NCBI GenBank assembly: GCA_964411325.1
Contig: CAYPKM010000002.1
Location: forward strand, 1-40,305
From: an uncultured Christensenella sp.
GTDB lineage: Bacteria; Bacillota; Clostridia; Christensenellales; UBA1242
DNA length: 40,305 nucleotides
Direction of reading: 5' to 3'
The stretch's first letter is position 1, and every line of letters starts with the position of its first letter. Positions 25,512 through 35,136 of the stretch are shown one piece after another. A program made the position numbers and the translations under genes. The notes beneath the pieces are model-generated. The model was not told the origin of the DNA. It saw only the letters and a list, made by a program, of their open reading frames with translations, and ran no database searches.

Positions 25512-26582
25512 TTACAAAGTTATTCTTTCCAATTTTTCTTTTTGCTCGGCAATAGAAAGATTAGATATCAAATCATCCAAATCGCCATTCAAAAAACCCT
25601 CTAAATTGTAAGAAGTATAATTAATACGATGGTCGGTTAAACGACTTTGGGGATAATTGTAAGTTCTAATTCTCTCACTTCTATCTCCAGTACCTACTTG
25701 ATTTCTTCTATTTCTAGCATATTCCTCATCAATTTGCATTTGATAATAATCATACAATTTGCTCTTTAAAATAGACATCGCTTTTTCTCTATTTTTTAGT
25801 TGCGACCTTTCGTCTTGACAAGCAACAACTATGCCAGTAGGAGTGTGTGTAATTCGAACGGCACTATCTGTAGTATTGACGTGCTGACCACCGGCACCAC
25901 CCGAACGATACACATCTATCTCCAAATCCTTGTCATTGATTTCCACATCCACTTCTTGGTGTTCTGGCAATACTGCAACTGTAGCAGTGCTTGTATGGAT
26001 TCTGCCCGAACTCTCTGTCTCTGGCACACGCTGTACTCTATGCACTCCACTTTCGTACTTGAATTTGCTATAAGCACCTTTGCCAGAAATTCTCAAATTG
26101 GCTTCTTTTACTCCACCTAATTCCGTTTCGTTGGCAGAAAGTATTTCCACTTTCCACCTTTTGCTCTCTGCATACATCGAATACATTCTAAGAAGAACTC
26201 CACCAAATAGGCTAGCTTCTTCGCCACCTGCCCCTGCTCTTATTTCCAAAATAACGTTTAGTTCGTCATTATTGTCTTTGGGCAAAAGCAAAATCTTGAT
26301 GTGCTCATCCAAAGCCTCTATCTTTTTCTTACACTCTTCCAATTCGGCATTGAGCATAGAACGCATTTCGTTATCTGACTCGGTTTCAAGCAATTCATCG
26401 TCAGTTTTAATAGTATTAAGAACTGCCGAATAATCGTCATATGCCTTGCTAATTGGCTCAAGTTCGCTATATTCTTTGCAAAGTTCAGTATATTTTTTGC
26501 TATCTGCAATTATTTCTGGACGAAGCATTTCCTTCTCTATTTCCAAAAACTTTTCTTTTAAAAATCTAATCTTATTTAACAT
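25512..26582 (-). CDS. prfA: Peptide chain release factor 1
   Basis: 356 aa. GGQ motif (RSGGAGGQHVNTTDSAVRITH) and an RF1-type PxT tripeptide context (RVQRVPETESSGRIHTS). Confidence 0.95.
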   Translation of the reverse strand: MLNKIRFLKEKFLEIEKEMLRPEIIADSKKYTELCKEYSELEPISKAYDDYSAVLNTIKTDDELLETESDNEMRSMLNAELEECKKKIEALDEHIKILLLPKDNNDELNVILEIRAGAGGEEASLFGGVLLRMYSMYAESKRWKVEILSANETELGGVKEANLRISGKGAYSKFKYESGVHRVQRVPETESSGRIHTSTATVAVLPEHQEVDVEINDKDLEIDVYRSGGAGGQHVNTTDSAVRITHTPTGIVVACQDERSQLKNREKAMSILKSKLYDYYQMQIDEEYARNRRNQVGTGDRSERIRTYNYPQSRLTDHRINYTSYNLEGFLNGDLDDLISNLSIAEQKEKLERITL

Positions 26583-27471
26583 CTTTCTCTCTCTTAGTCG
26601 CTATTATAAATCTATCTATTCCTGCCAAATCTTTGACAACTTCTATATTTTTGAAATTCTTTTCTAGCATTTTTACAATTTTTTCGCTTTGATTAATTCC
26701 TATTTCCAAATACAATCTACCATTGCTATTCAAATATTTATGTGCAGTTTTGGCTATAACTTTGTAAAAATCCAATCCATCCTTGCCACCATCCAAAGCA
26801 ATCTTTGGGTCAAAGTCTCTGACTTCAATCTCCAATTTGTTTAAATCTTGAGAACGAATATAAGGAGGGTTGCATACTATCACGTCAAAACGCCATTTGA
26901 TGCTTTCAAACATATCCGAAAGCACAAAGTTTGGATTGATATTAGGCTTGCCTACTAGTTCCCTTTCTCTATTATTCAAATCGTTATTATCTCTAGCTAT
27001 TTTGATAGCAGTCTTGTCTATATCGGCAAGCGTCACATTGGCACCTGTAGCACTTGCAATAGCAATACCCACACATCCACTGCCTGTACACAAATCTAGC
27101 ACAGAAATCGGTGAAAATGGCAAATTCAGACGCACTTGGCTATAACTATTTTTGATATCTATCACCACTCTATCCACCAAAAGTTCCGTCTCGTATCTAG
27201 GAGTCAAAACATTTTTATTAAAAGGAATTTTGATATCATAAAAGTATTTGTATCCAATAATTTTGTCAAGAGGGATATGCTTGCTTCTGCTTTTAATCTT
27301 CTCCAAATACTTATCTGCATCATCCTGCGAAATATTGTCTAGTTTCAAAAGCTCAACATCGCTAATGCCAAGCGTATCAAGCAGTAATCTATGGCAACTC
27401 TCTTCCCAGTCTGGAATAGACGCTTCTATAAGCATATCTCTAGCAATAGCAATTAATTCATTCTTTTTCAT
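26572..27471 (-). CDS. prmC: Release factor glutamine N5-methyltransferase (PrmC/HemK)
   Basis: 299 aa. SAM-binding LDLCTGSGCVGIA and catalytic NPPY (VCNPPYI). 11-nt overlap with prfA. GGGAG RBS present. Confidence 0.9.
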   Translation of the reverse strand: MKKNELIAIARDMLIEASIPDWEESCHRLLLDTLGISDVELLKLDNISQDDADKYLEKIKSRSKHIPLDKIIGYKYFYDIKIPFNKNVLTPRYETELLVDRVVIDIKNSYSQVRLNLPFSPISVLDLCTGSGCVGIAIASATGANVTLADIDKTAIKIARDNNDLNNRERELVGKPNINPNFVLSDMFESIKWRFDVIVCNPPYIRSQDLNKLEIEVRDFDPKIALDGGKDGLDFYKVIAKTAHKYLNSNGRLYLEIGINQSEKIVKMLEKNFKNIEVVKDLAGIDRFIIATKREKDVK

Positions 27472-27622
27472 ATTCTCACTCCCAAATCTTTCCCTAGCAA
27501 AATCGTTTGTTAAAATCTATGTAGCAGCACAATTTTGTCGTACCATCATATAAAGTATATCAAAAAATCCTTTCAACAAAAAATGAATTATCATACAATT
27601 TTCACAAACTTTATTAAATTGG

Positions 27623-27657
27623 AAAAAAAATGAGCAAGAATGTATTCCTTGCTTCAC
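27623..27657 (-). terminator. Rho-independent terminator after rpmE
   Basis: Minus strand AGCAAG...CTTGCT imperfect hairpin followed by T8. It starts 7 nt after the rpmE stop. Confidence 0.5.
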
Positions 27658-27663
27658 TTTTTA

Positions 27664-27870
27664 TTAATCTAAATTGTGTTTCTTCTTAAATTTCTCTACT
27701 CTTCCAGCAGTGTCTACCAATTTTTGCTTACCAGAATAGAATGGGTGACATTTATCACACACATCAATTCTAATTGTATCGCCTTTGATAGTAGACTTTG
27801 TTTTGAACTTAGAGCCACAAACACAAACAACTTCCACTTCGTGATAATCTGGATGTATGTCTTGTTTCAT
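27664..27870 (-). CDS. rpmE: 50S ribosomal protein L31 (Zn-ribbon, type A)
   Basis: 68 aa. [12 protein letters not shown]..., CVCGS...[22 protein letters not shown] present. Confidence 0.95.
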   Translation of the reverse strand: MKQDIHPDYHEVEVVCVCGSKFKTKSTIKGDTIRIDVCDKCHPFYSGKQKLVDTAGRVEKFKKKHNLD

Positions 27871-27905
27871 AAGTATTCACCTCTCATATAATAAAAAATT
27901 CGATT

Positions 27906-27944
27906 ACAAGGGTTTAAAATCTAAATCAAATTTTAATTCCTTGT
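27906..27944 (-). terminator. Long AT-rich hairpin between murC and rpmE (possible murC terminator)
   Basis: ACAAGG/CCTTGT outer stem with inner TTTAAAAT/ATTTTAA pairing. On the minus strand the T6 run is displaced by about 7 nt, so the assignment is tentative. Confidence 0.3.
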
Positions 27945-28013
27945 CAATTATACATCATCCACCACTCCAAAGTCAAGACTTTTAGTAATTAATTTGGATA
28001 TTTTTGAGATATT

Positions 28014-29348
28014 TTATAGGTTAAACAAAGTTCTGAAGTTTTCTGCCAAATTACCTGCTCCCAAAATCAATATGCAATCATATTTCTTTTGCCTAATATT
28101 CTTTCCAATATCCAAATACATTTGACGATAATCATCAAAATATAGAATTTTCTTTTTCTCCTCATTATTTGCTATCAAATTTTCATACAAATCAACACAT
28201 CTTCCATCCAAAATCTCTTTTTCTCTAGCAGGATAAGTCTCATACAAATACAAATCACTACCCTTCAAAACCTGCACAAATTCCGTCATCAAACTTTTGG
28301 TTCTACTATATGTATGAGGTTGAAATACCACAAGAGGATGAGAATAACAACTATTAATCCCTCCAATGCTACTGGCTATCTCTGTAGGATGATGAGCATA
28401 GTCAATTATAAAAGGAATGCCGGAAATCTCGCCGATTTTTTCATATCTCCTTTTAACTCCACCGAAGTTTTCCACCGACTTTCTGATTACTTCTGGGTCT
28501 ACCCCCAAAAAGTCTGCAATGGTTATTGCAAAAAGTGCATTGACAACATTGTGCATTCCTATCATATTAAGTCTGAAAGTTCCCAAAGACTTGCCACCTA
28601 TCATCACATCAAAGTTGTAACCATTATTTTCAAATTTGCAATTAGCAAAAGAAAAGTCTCTATTCATTATCAATTGGGCGTTCGGATAATCCCCATTAGA
28701 CACGACGACTTCCGATTTCTTGGCAATTCTATCAAAGGCACCCTTAATATCGTCCAAATCTTTATAATAATCCAAATGGTCGGCATCAATATTAGTTATA
28801 GCCAAGATGTCCGGATTTAAAAACCTAAAACTCTCTCTATATTCGCAAGCCTCAAGTACCAAAATATCCGATTTCCCAATAATAGTATTATCTTTCAAAT
28901 TGACGCTTTCTCCTCCCAAATGGATTGTAGGAGCAAGCCCTCCTGCTTGCAATATCTCGCCCAAAATGGCTGTCGTGGTGGTTTTGCCGTGAGTGCCAGA
29001 TATTGCAATAACTTCTGTAAACGATGAGGCAAGAATCCCTAGAAACTCCGACCTTTCCATCAGTCTTATTCCTAGACTTTGGGCTTTAATTATCTCCACA
29101 TTTTCTGAATGAATAGCCCCACTGTACACAATCAAATCTATAGATTTGTCTATATTATCCTCACTGTGGCTATGAAAAACCTTCACCCCCAACTTCTCAA
29201 GTTTGGCAGTTTCTTCATTAAAAGAGATATCGCTACCTAGCACTTCTATGCCATCAAGTTTGCACATTTTGCATAGCCCAGACATACTAATACCACCGAT
29301 ACCTATAAAAAATATCTTTTTAAAATTAAATTTTTTGCTCTTTTTCAT
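28014..29348 (-). CDS. murC: UDP-N-acetylmuramate--L-alanine ligase
   Basis: 444 aa. N-terminal Rossmann IFFIGIGGISMSGL and Mur ligase P-loop ISGTHGKTTTTA. Confidence 0.9.
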   Translation of the reverse strand: MKKSKKFNFKKIFFIGIGGISMSGLCKMCKLDGIEVLGSDISFNEETAKLEKLGVKVFHSHSEDNIDKSIDLIVYSGAIHSENVEIIKAQSLGIRLMERSEFLGILASSFTEVIAISGTHGKTTTTAILGEILQAGGLAPTIHLGGESVNLKDNTIIGKSDILVLEACEYRESFRFLNPDILAITNIDADHLDYYKDLDDIKGAFDRIAKKSEVVVSNGDYPNAQLIMNRDFSFANCKFENNGYNFDVMIGGKSLGTFRLNMIGMHNVVNALFAITIADFLGVDPEVIRKSVENFGGVKRRYEKIGEISGIPFIIDYAHHPTEIASSIGGINSCYSHPLVVFQPHTYSRTKSLMTEFVQVLKGSDLYLYETYPAREKEILDGRCVDLYENLIANNEEKKKILYFDDYRQMYLDIGKNIRQKKYDCILILGAGNLAENFRTLFNL

Positions 29349-29378
29349 AATATTTTATATGAAACATATGCAAAAAAG

Positions 29379-29407
29379 TTGTGATATTTGAAAAATTTAT
29401 GTAAAAT
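29379..29407 (+). promoter_or_regulatory. Possible sigma-A-type promoter of spoVG (TTGTGA-17 nt-TAAAAT)
   Basis: TTGTGA at 29379-29384, 17-nt spacer, TAAAAT at 29402-29407. No sigma-H-like GAAT -10 was noticed. Confidence 0.35.
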
Positions 29408-29453
29408 ATAAGTAGCGTAAATGCTAAATATTATAAGGAAAAGGTACACTAAA

Positions 29454-29723
29454 TTGAAAATTACAGACATTCGCATTCGTTTGATTCCTAATGGGGAGAG
29501 CAAACTAAAAGCTGTAGCAACAATCACTATTGATGAGTGCTTTGTTGTACACGACATCAAAGTTTTGGAGGGCAACCAAGGTTTATTTGTAAGTATGCCT
29601 AGCAGAAAAACACCTGAGGGTGAATACAAAGATGTTGCACATCCTATCAATACTCCTACTAGAGAAGAAATCAACAGATTAGTTCTAGCTAAATACGAAG
29701 AAGAACTAAAAGCAAACGCTTAA
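29454..29723 (+). CDS. spoVG: Septation/sporulation regulator SpoVG
   Basis: Strong similarity to SpoVG (KITDIRIRL...[43 protein letters not shown]). The homologous N-terminus begins at TTG 29454, with GGAAAAGG upstream. The ORF-track ATG at 29421 would add 11 atypical residues. Confidence 0.9.
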   Translation: MKITDIRIRLIPNGESKLKAVATITIDECFVVHDIKVLEGNQGLFVSMPSRKTPEGEYKDVAHPINTPTREEINRLVLAKYEEELKANA

Positions 29724-29741
29724 ATATTAGTAATTAATATT

Positions 29742-29782
29742 AAAAAAAGATATTGGCAAATTTGATGTCAATATCTTTTTTT
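29742..29782. terminator. Bidirectional rho-independent terminator (spoVG / surface protein gene)
   Basis: A7-GATATTGGCA...TGTCAATATC-T7 hairpin between convergent genes. Confidence 0.7.
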
Positions 29783-29804
29783 CGTATTCTATTAAATTAA
29801 TTGA

Positions 29805-32800
29805 TTAAAGTGAACTTTCAATCTTTAATGTAGCATAATCAGAAGTAATATTCCAAACAGAAGTACTGAAACCTTTGTTTGTGTAAGTAGAAGCAGTCTT
29901 CATTTCTTTGGTAGATTTCTTAGCATTTTGCAAATCTTTGCTAAAGATATTACCAGAATAGAAGTATTTGCCACCACCAACATCGCTATCAAATAGATAA
30001 TTGAAACAGAATCCTGCTGGACGGCTATCTGTAGCCTTGCTATCTTTGTAATTATGAACATAAGTAGATGTTACAGCCCAATTAGCGCCTGTAGAATTGA
30101 ATGTACAAGCATTGTAACAATCTTCTACAATACCTACATTGCCAGTGCCACCAGCATTAGTCATTCCACTACCCTCAATAGTACTAGCGAAACCACCTTT
30201 GATAGCATTTTTGTTTAATCCTTGCAAATAAGCACGAGAATAACAATTCTTAACAACGCCCGACTTAATTGTTCCAAACAATCCACCAACAGCCAAACCT
30301 TTGACATTTACATTTTCTTTGACAGCCACTTGTTGAACATTGGTTGTATAATTGGAATAGCTTACATCTTCTTTTCTATAACCTTTTTTGAAATCGGAGA
30401 AATCAATGGTTATTTTCTTGCTAACATTAAGCGCACCACCTATGCCACCTGCATAATATCCACTAATACTTGTATTTTTAACTACACCACTAGTAATATT
30501 TTTGGTTGTGTATCCAACGATACCACCAGCATAGTCATCATCGCTATCATTGGCGGTGATACTTACTTTTTGCACTGAAACCTTGCTAATAGCACCAGTT
30601 ATATATCCTGCGATACCACCAGCATATCCATAGGTAGAAGAACCTAAAGATATGCTTCCTTGAATGCTTACTTGACAATTAGAAACGCTTGAATTATTAG
30701 CATTACCTACAATTCCACCTGCAAACTTAGTTTTGTTATGGCCACCAGAGATTGTAGATATTTCTGTACTTCCTGATACTTTGCAATTATCAAATGTAGA
30801 TTTGCTAGATACTTGACCCGCAATACCACCAGTAGCGGTAATACCTGTCAATTCACTATTGGAAACGCTACATTTGCTGAATGCAGTACTTGTTGCACAT
30901 CCTGCAACCGCACCTACATATGTGCCTGTAACACTAGCATTATTAATATTTATTTTGGAAATATTGGCACCATCTGTATTACCAAACAATCCAGCATAAG
31001 TATATCCACTACCCACTGTCATATTTGATATTGTATAACTTCCATTATTGGTGATTGTACCTGTGAATGGAGAGGAGATATCTCCAATTGGAATCCAATT
31101 CCAACCAGTCAAATCTATATTGGCAGCGATAATGAAATCTTTGGACAAATGATATCTAACAGCATTCAATTGTGTAGCATTGTAGATGTATTTGCTATAT
31201 GCATTAGGGTCGTTGGCAAGTATTGTAGCAGTAGCAGATACTGTACCACATTTAGCAGTAACTGTAATACTGCCAGCCTTATTCATTTTTACTTTGAAAG
31301 TATTGCCACTCTCACTAACCTTGCTTGCAATTGAATTGCTATCCGACATAGACCAAGTAATTTTGTCGCTTGCGTCGCCATTCTTTAGAGTAGCTATCAA
31401 TTCAACAGTTTCACCCACATTAACTGTAGATGATGTAGGAGAAATAGTTATAGTCTTTTGTGCTTTCTCCATAACCACTACTTGGCAATATGCATATGAA
31501 TATTGTCCGTTGTCATTAATGATATAAGCACTAATTTCGGTTGTACCTTTCTTTTTGGCATTAACCACACCAGCACTTGAAACTGTTGCAATAGAGCTAT
31601 CTTCTGATGAATATATTGGATATTTAGCTGTTCCTTTTGTGATAAGAGTGAACGATTGTCCTACATATAGATTGTAATTTGTAACATTGAAATAAATATT
31701 ATCAATTTTTACAACTGGTTCATCTGGCTCTTCTGGAGTCACTGGAGTATCCACAACTTTCTTGTAAGAATTAATTGTAAATCCTGCAGTACCTAGATAA
31801 TAATTGCCTTCAGCCTTGATTGTAATATAAGCTTTTCCAACACCATTAATGTAGTATTTGCCTGTGCTATCTATAGTCAAAACACTTGTATTGCTAGATG
31901 CAAATGTGATATTGACATTAGATTTTACATTGCTTCCTTGATACATAACAGATGCTACTGTTACCTGTCCAGAAATGGTAGAATTAGCATATTCTTTGTC
32001 TACGGTAGTACCATTGTTAAGTGAAGTAGAATTGTCTTTGAAATTAATTGTAACAACTTTGGTAGAAGTGTCTTTTGTTACATTAACTTTGACTTTCTCA
32101 GAGATATTTCCAACAAACACATAGATTTCTGCTGAGCCTTCACTAACTGCTGTAATTACGCCATTGCTATCTACAGTGGCAACTGCTGTATTGTAAGACT
32201 TGTATGTTGCAGTAGTATAATCAGGAGTAATTGTAGGATTAAGAGCGTATTGCTCGCCTTCCTTTAGATTGACTTCCTCTGGCAATCCAGTAATTGAGTA
32301 TGTCTTGCAAGAATTAATTGTAAATCCTGCAGTGCCTAGATAATAATTACCCTCAGCTTTGATTGTAATATACGCCTTTCCAGCACCATTGATATAATAT
32401 TTACCAGTATTATCTATAGTCAAAATATTGGTATTGCTAGAAGTAAATGTGATGTTGACGTCAGATTTAACATTGCTTCCTTGATACATAACAGATGTTA
32501 CTGTTACTTGTCCAGAAATGGTAGAATTAGCATATTCTTTGTCTACGGTAGTACCATTACCAACCACTGTAGAATTGTCTTTGAAATTAATTGTAACAAC
32601 TTTGGTAGAAGTATCTTTAATTACATTAACTTTAACCTTTTCGGCAGAATCTCCAGCAAACACATATACATATGCCGAGCCTTCACTGACTGCTGTAATT
32701 GTACCATCAGCAGACACTACAGCAATATCTTGGTTATAAGATTTAAAAGTAGCAGTAGCATTATTAGGAGTAATTGTAGGATTAAGTTTATATTGCTCGC

Positions 32801-34829
32801 CTTCCTTTAGGTTGATTTCCTTTGGCAACCCAGTGATTGAATAAGGAGCAGATGTAACTATTACTGTTACACTATCTGAAATACCACTATTATTAGATAC
32901 AATAATTGTAGCACGCCCCTCTTTCATAGCATAAATCTTGCCATTGCCATCAACAGAAACGACACTTTCGTCACTTGATTTCCAATTGAACTTAATACCA
33001 GCAGGAGTCACTTTGATATTGTATGTTTGTCCTTCTTGTAGAGATATAATACCATTTGTACCGCTAGTAATTTTAGGAGAAGTTTCCACCTCTGCCCTTT
33101 CAAACATATAAATGTTTCCATTTTTGATTACTGGAGTACCAGCAGTAATCAAGTCATTAGGAATATATATTAATTGATAATTAAGATATGGTTTGCCATC
33201 ATTATTGTCGTTGTCCAAAGCCCAAACTGAGCCAAACAACCAAGTAATATCGGTCTCAACCAAACCCTTTGAATTACCCTCTTCATCAAATTCAAGTTCA
33301 TAAGTTTTGTGAGAAACGAAATTGTCGCCAACTTTCATTTCTTCTTCTGTAAGTCCATAAACGATTGTCTTTTCATCTACAAAAGAAATTTTCTTGCCAT
33401 TATTATACTCAAATTGAGCAATTCCAATGTATCCTTTGGTAATGCCATCTTGAGGAGCATTCAAATTGTCTTTGTTGTAATAAATTCCAACTAAGTAATT
33501 TTGAACAACCTCTTCATTGGATTTTTCTGGATATGTCTTTTCTGAATAATCTTGATTGATAGCGATTGCACCAGCAAATCTGCTATTTGAATTGGTAGAA
33601 TTAGTATCAAAGTTTGTTTTCAAATCAGAATAACAGTCTTTGATATTTCCACCTTGATATTTTGAGGTATATTTAAGTTCGCCACCAAACTTGGTAAATG
33701 TAGAATATGTATTTTTGCCAACAAGTCCACCATAGATAATAGCTTCATTTGCGTCGCTACCGAATGCAACTTCGCCTTTTGAATACGAATATACGATTAT
33801 TCCGCCTTGATTGATACCAACAAGTCCACCAACGGTTCCATTAATTCCTTTGATATATTCATTGTCTTCAACTATCTTTTTGCCTGTAGTCATATTAATG
33901 CTACATCTATCAATTCTGGCAATACGTCTAACGTATGAGTCGCTTTCGCCTTCTTCCACGTCAGAAATATTGTTTGCAACAAGACCTCCAAGCACTTTGC
34001 TCTCAACACTCAAGTATGCGTCTTTGACTTCAATTCTCTCAATTACGCCTCTGTTTTCGGCAGTGATAACACCAAAGTTATCATAAATGCCCTCTGCATA
34101 AACATTGGATAATTTGAAATTGTAAACAGAGCCTGTAGCACCAATCTTTTGGAACATACCCACATTATTTTTGACAAATAGATTTGGGTCATAGCCTGTA
34201 GTATCGGCAAATTGAGCAGTGTAAGCATCTCTATTGATATTCATATTATAAATAGTAAAGCCATTACCATCAAATCTACCAGTGAATTCTCTAAGAGGAA
34301 TCCAAAAGCCCTCATTGATATCCTTTAGGTCTATATCGTTGACTAGTTTGTAGCACTTGTCAGAAGAATATTTAGCATATTTTTCGTCATATGTAGTAGA
34401 ACCTTGATATACACCATTGCTATCCTCTATCTCAAGCCCCATACCAATAGACGCCAATTGCTCTGGAGTAGATATGTAATATGGAGATTCCATAGTTCCA
34501 TCACCAACTATTACATCACACCACAAATTTCTGTATTTAGCATTGGATGTTCTAAAGTTAATTCTAGCAACGCCACCTTTTTCTGCATTGAATGTATTTG
34601 TTTCTTTATTGTAAGAAACAACATTTGCATTACTAGTAGAAACAGTAATTGTAGTATACGACTTCTTATTTTGATGATTGACATCTATTTGGAAAGGCTC
34701 ACCAGCGTCTTTGTAAATAGACGCACTAGAGATAGAGATAACTTCGTCATCTCTAACCAAATAGAATACTCCAAAGCCCAAAGATACTGCAAGTACTATT
34801 ATTAGCAAATAAACAATAAACTTCTTCAT
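29805..34829 (-). CDS. Giant cell-surface protein: N-terminal signal-anchor, two GLUG-motif modules and multiple Big_2-type Ig-like domains
   Basis: 1674 aa. N-terminus MKKFIVYLLIIVLAVSLGFGVFYLV. Repeated GGLVG/GGIAG/GGIVG (GLUG-like) motifs occur in two blocks. Several domains of about 80-90 aa have Big_2-like signatures (VTAVSEGSA..I.V). No LPXTG or other C-terminal anchor was noticed. GGGGGG RBS present. Confidence 0.88.
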   Translation of the reverse strand: MKKFIVYLLIIVLAVSLGFGVFYLVRDDEVISISSASIYKDAGEPFQIDVNHQNKKSYTTITVSTSNANVVSYNKETNTFNAEKGGVARINFRTSNAKYRNLWCDVIVGDGTMESPYYISTPEQLASIGMGLEIEDSNGVYQGSTTYDEKYAKYSSDKCYKLVNDIDLKDINEGFWIPLREFTGRFDGNGFTIYNMNINRDAYTAQFADTTGYDPNLFVKNNVGMFQKIGATGSVYNFKLSNVYAEGIYDNFGVITAENRGVIERIEVKDAYLSVESKVLGGLVANNISDVEEGESDSYVRRIARIDRCSINMTTGKKIVEDNEYIKGINGTVGGLVGINQGGIIVYSYSKGEVAFGSDANEAIIYGGLVGKNTYSTFTKFGGELKYTSKYQGGNIKDCYSDLKTNFDTNSTNSNSRFAGAIAINQDYSEKTYPEKSNEEVVQNYLVGIYYNKDNLNAPQDGITKGYIGIAQFEYNNGKKISFVDEKTIVYGLTEEEMKVGDNFVSHKTYELEFDEEGNSKGLVETDITWLFGSVWALDNDNNDGKPYLNYQLIYIPNDLITAGTPVIKNGNIYMFERAEVETSPKITSGTNGIISLQEGQTYNIKVTPAGIKFNWKSSDESVVSVDGNGKIYAMKEGRATIIVSNNSGISDSVTVIVTSAPYSITGLPKEINLKEGEQYKLNPTITPNNATATFKSYNQDIAVVSADGTITAVSEGSAYVYVFAGDSAEKVKVNVIKDTSTKVVTINFKDNSTVVGNGTTVDKEYANSTISGQVTVTSVMYQGSNVKSDVNITFTSSNTNILTIDNTGKYYINGAGKAYITIKAEGNYYLGTAGFTINSCKTYSITGLPEEVNLKEGEQYALNPTITPDYTTATYKSYNTAVATVDSNGVITAVSEGSAEIYVFVGNISEKVKVNVTKDTSTKVVTINFKDNSTSLNNGTTVDKEYANSTISGQVTVASVMYQGSNVKSNVNITFASSNTSVLTIDSTGKYYINGVGKAYITIKAEGNYYLGTAGFTINSYKKVVDTPVTPEEPDEPVVKIDNIYFNVTNYNLYVGQSFTLITKGTAKYPIYSSEDSSIATVSSAGVVNAKKKGTTEISAYIINDNGQYSYAYCQVVVMEKAQKTITISPTSSTVNVGETVELIATLKNGDASDKITWSMSDSNSIASKVSESGNTFKVKMNKAGSITVTAKCGTVSATATILANDPNAYSKYIYNATQLNAVRYHLSKDFIIAANIDLTGWNWIPIGDISSPFTGTITNNGSYTISNMTVGSGYTYAGLFGNTDGANISKININNASVTGTYVGAVAGCATSTAFSKCSVSNSELTGITATGGIAGQVSSKSTFDNCKVSGSTEISTISGGHNKTKFAGGIVGNANNSSVSNCQVSIQGSISLGSSTYGYAGGIAGYITGAISKVSVQKVSITANDSDDDYAGGIVGYTTKNITSGVVKNTSISGYYAGGIGGALNVSKKITIDFSDFKKGYRKEDVSYSNYTTNVQQVAVKENVNVKGLAVGGLFGTIKSGVVKNCYSRAYLQGLNKNAIKGGFASTIEGSGMTNAGGTGNVGIVEDCYNACTFNSTGANWAVTSTYVHNYKDSKATDSRPAGFCFNYLFDSDVGGGKYFYSGNIFSKDLQNAKKSTKEMKTASTYTNKGFSTSVWNITSDYATLKIESSL
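31758..32843 (-). repeat. Intragenic tandem duplication, 2 x 543 bp (181 codons each)
   Basis: Copies at 31758-32300 and 32301-32843 are directly adjacent and in frame (YSITGLP...FTINS(C/Y)K). By eye they are roughly four-fifths identical at protein level, and the 3' two-thirds of each unit is much more similar than the 5' third. Confidence 0.9.
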
Positions 34830-34892
34830 TTTCCCCCCAATTCACAAAAGGTGCACAATTTACACTCTTTGTGCATAATTTTAGTTACTAAT

Positions 34893-34921
34893 ATGATACA
34901 ATAATATGCAAAATTTGTCAA
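34893..34921 (-). promoter_or_regulatory. Sigma-A-type promoter of the surface protein gene (TTGACA-17 nt-TATCAT)
   Basis: Minus strand: perfect TTGACA (34921-34916), 17-nt spacer, TATCAT (34898-34893). The leader of about 57 nt contains a TGCACAA/TTGTGCA hairpin. Confidence 0.5.
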
Positions 34922-35136
34922 TACCCGCACAATTAAAATATTAAGACATTTACACAAATAGTGACGAGTATTTTTTTGTACAATATCTCACAAATTGCAA
35001 GACTAGTCATTATTATTTTGCCAAATAATCAAATAAATAATATAAAATTAAAAAAAATAGCAAAAAGGTCTTTAATTTTCTATAAATATTTGCTATACTA
35101 ATTAGAGTTTAATAATTAAATAAAAAAGGAGAAAAT

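Noticed and set aside
29345-29674. 109-aa minus-strand ORF overlapping spoVG and the murC start
   Set aside because: spoVG on the plus strand is strongly supported by homology. This ORF would span the divergent promoter region and overlap murC.
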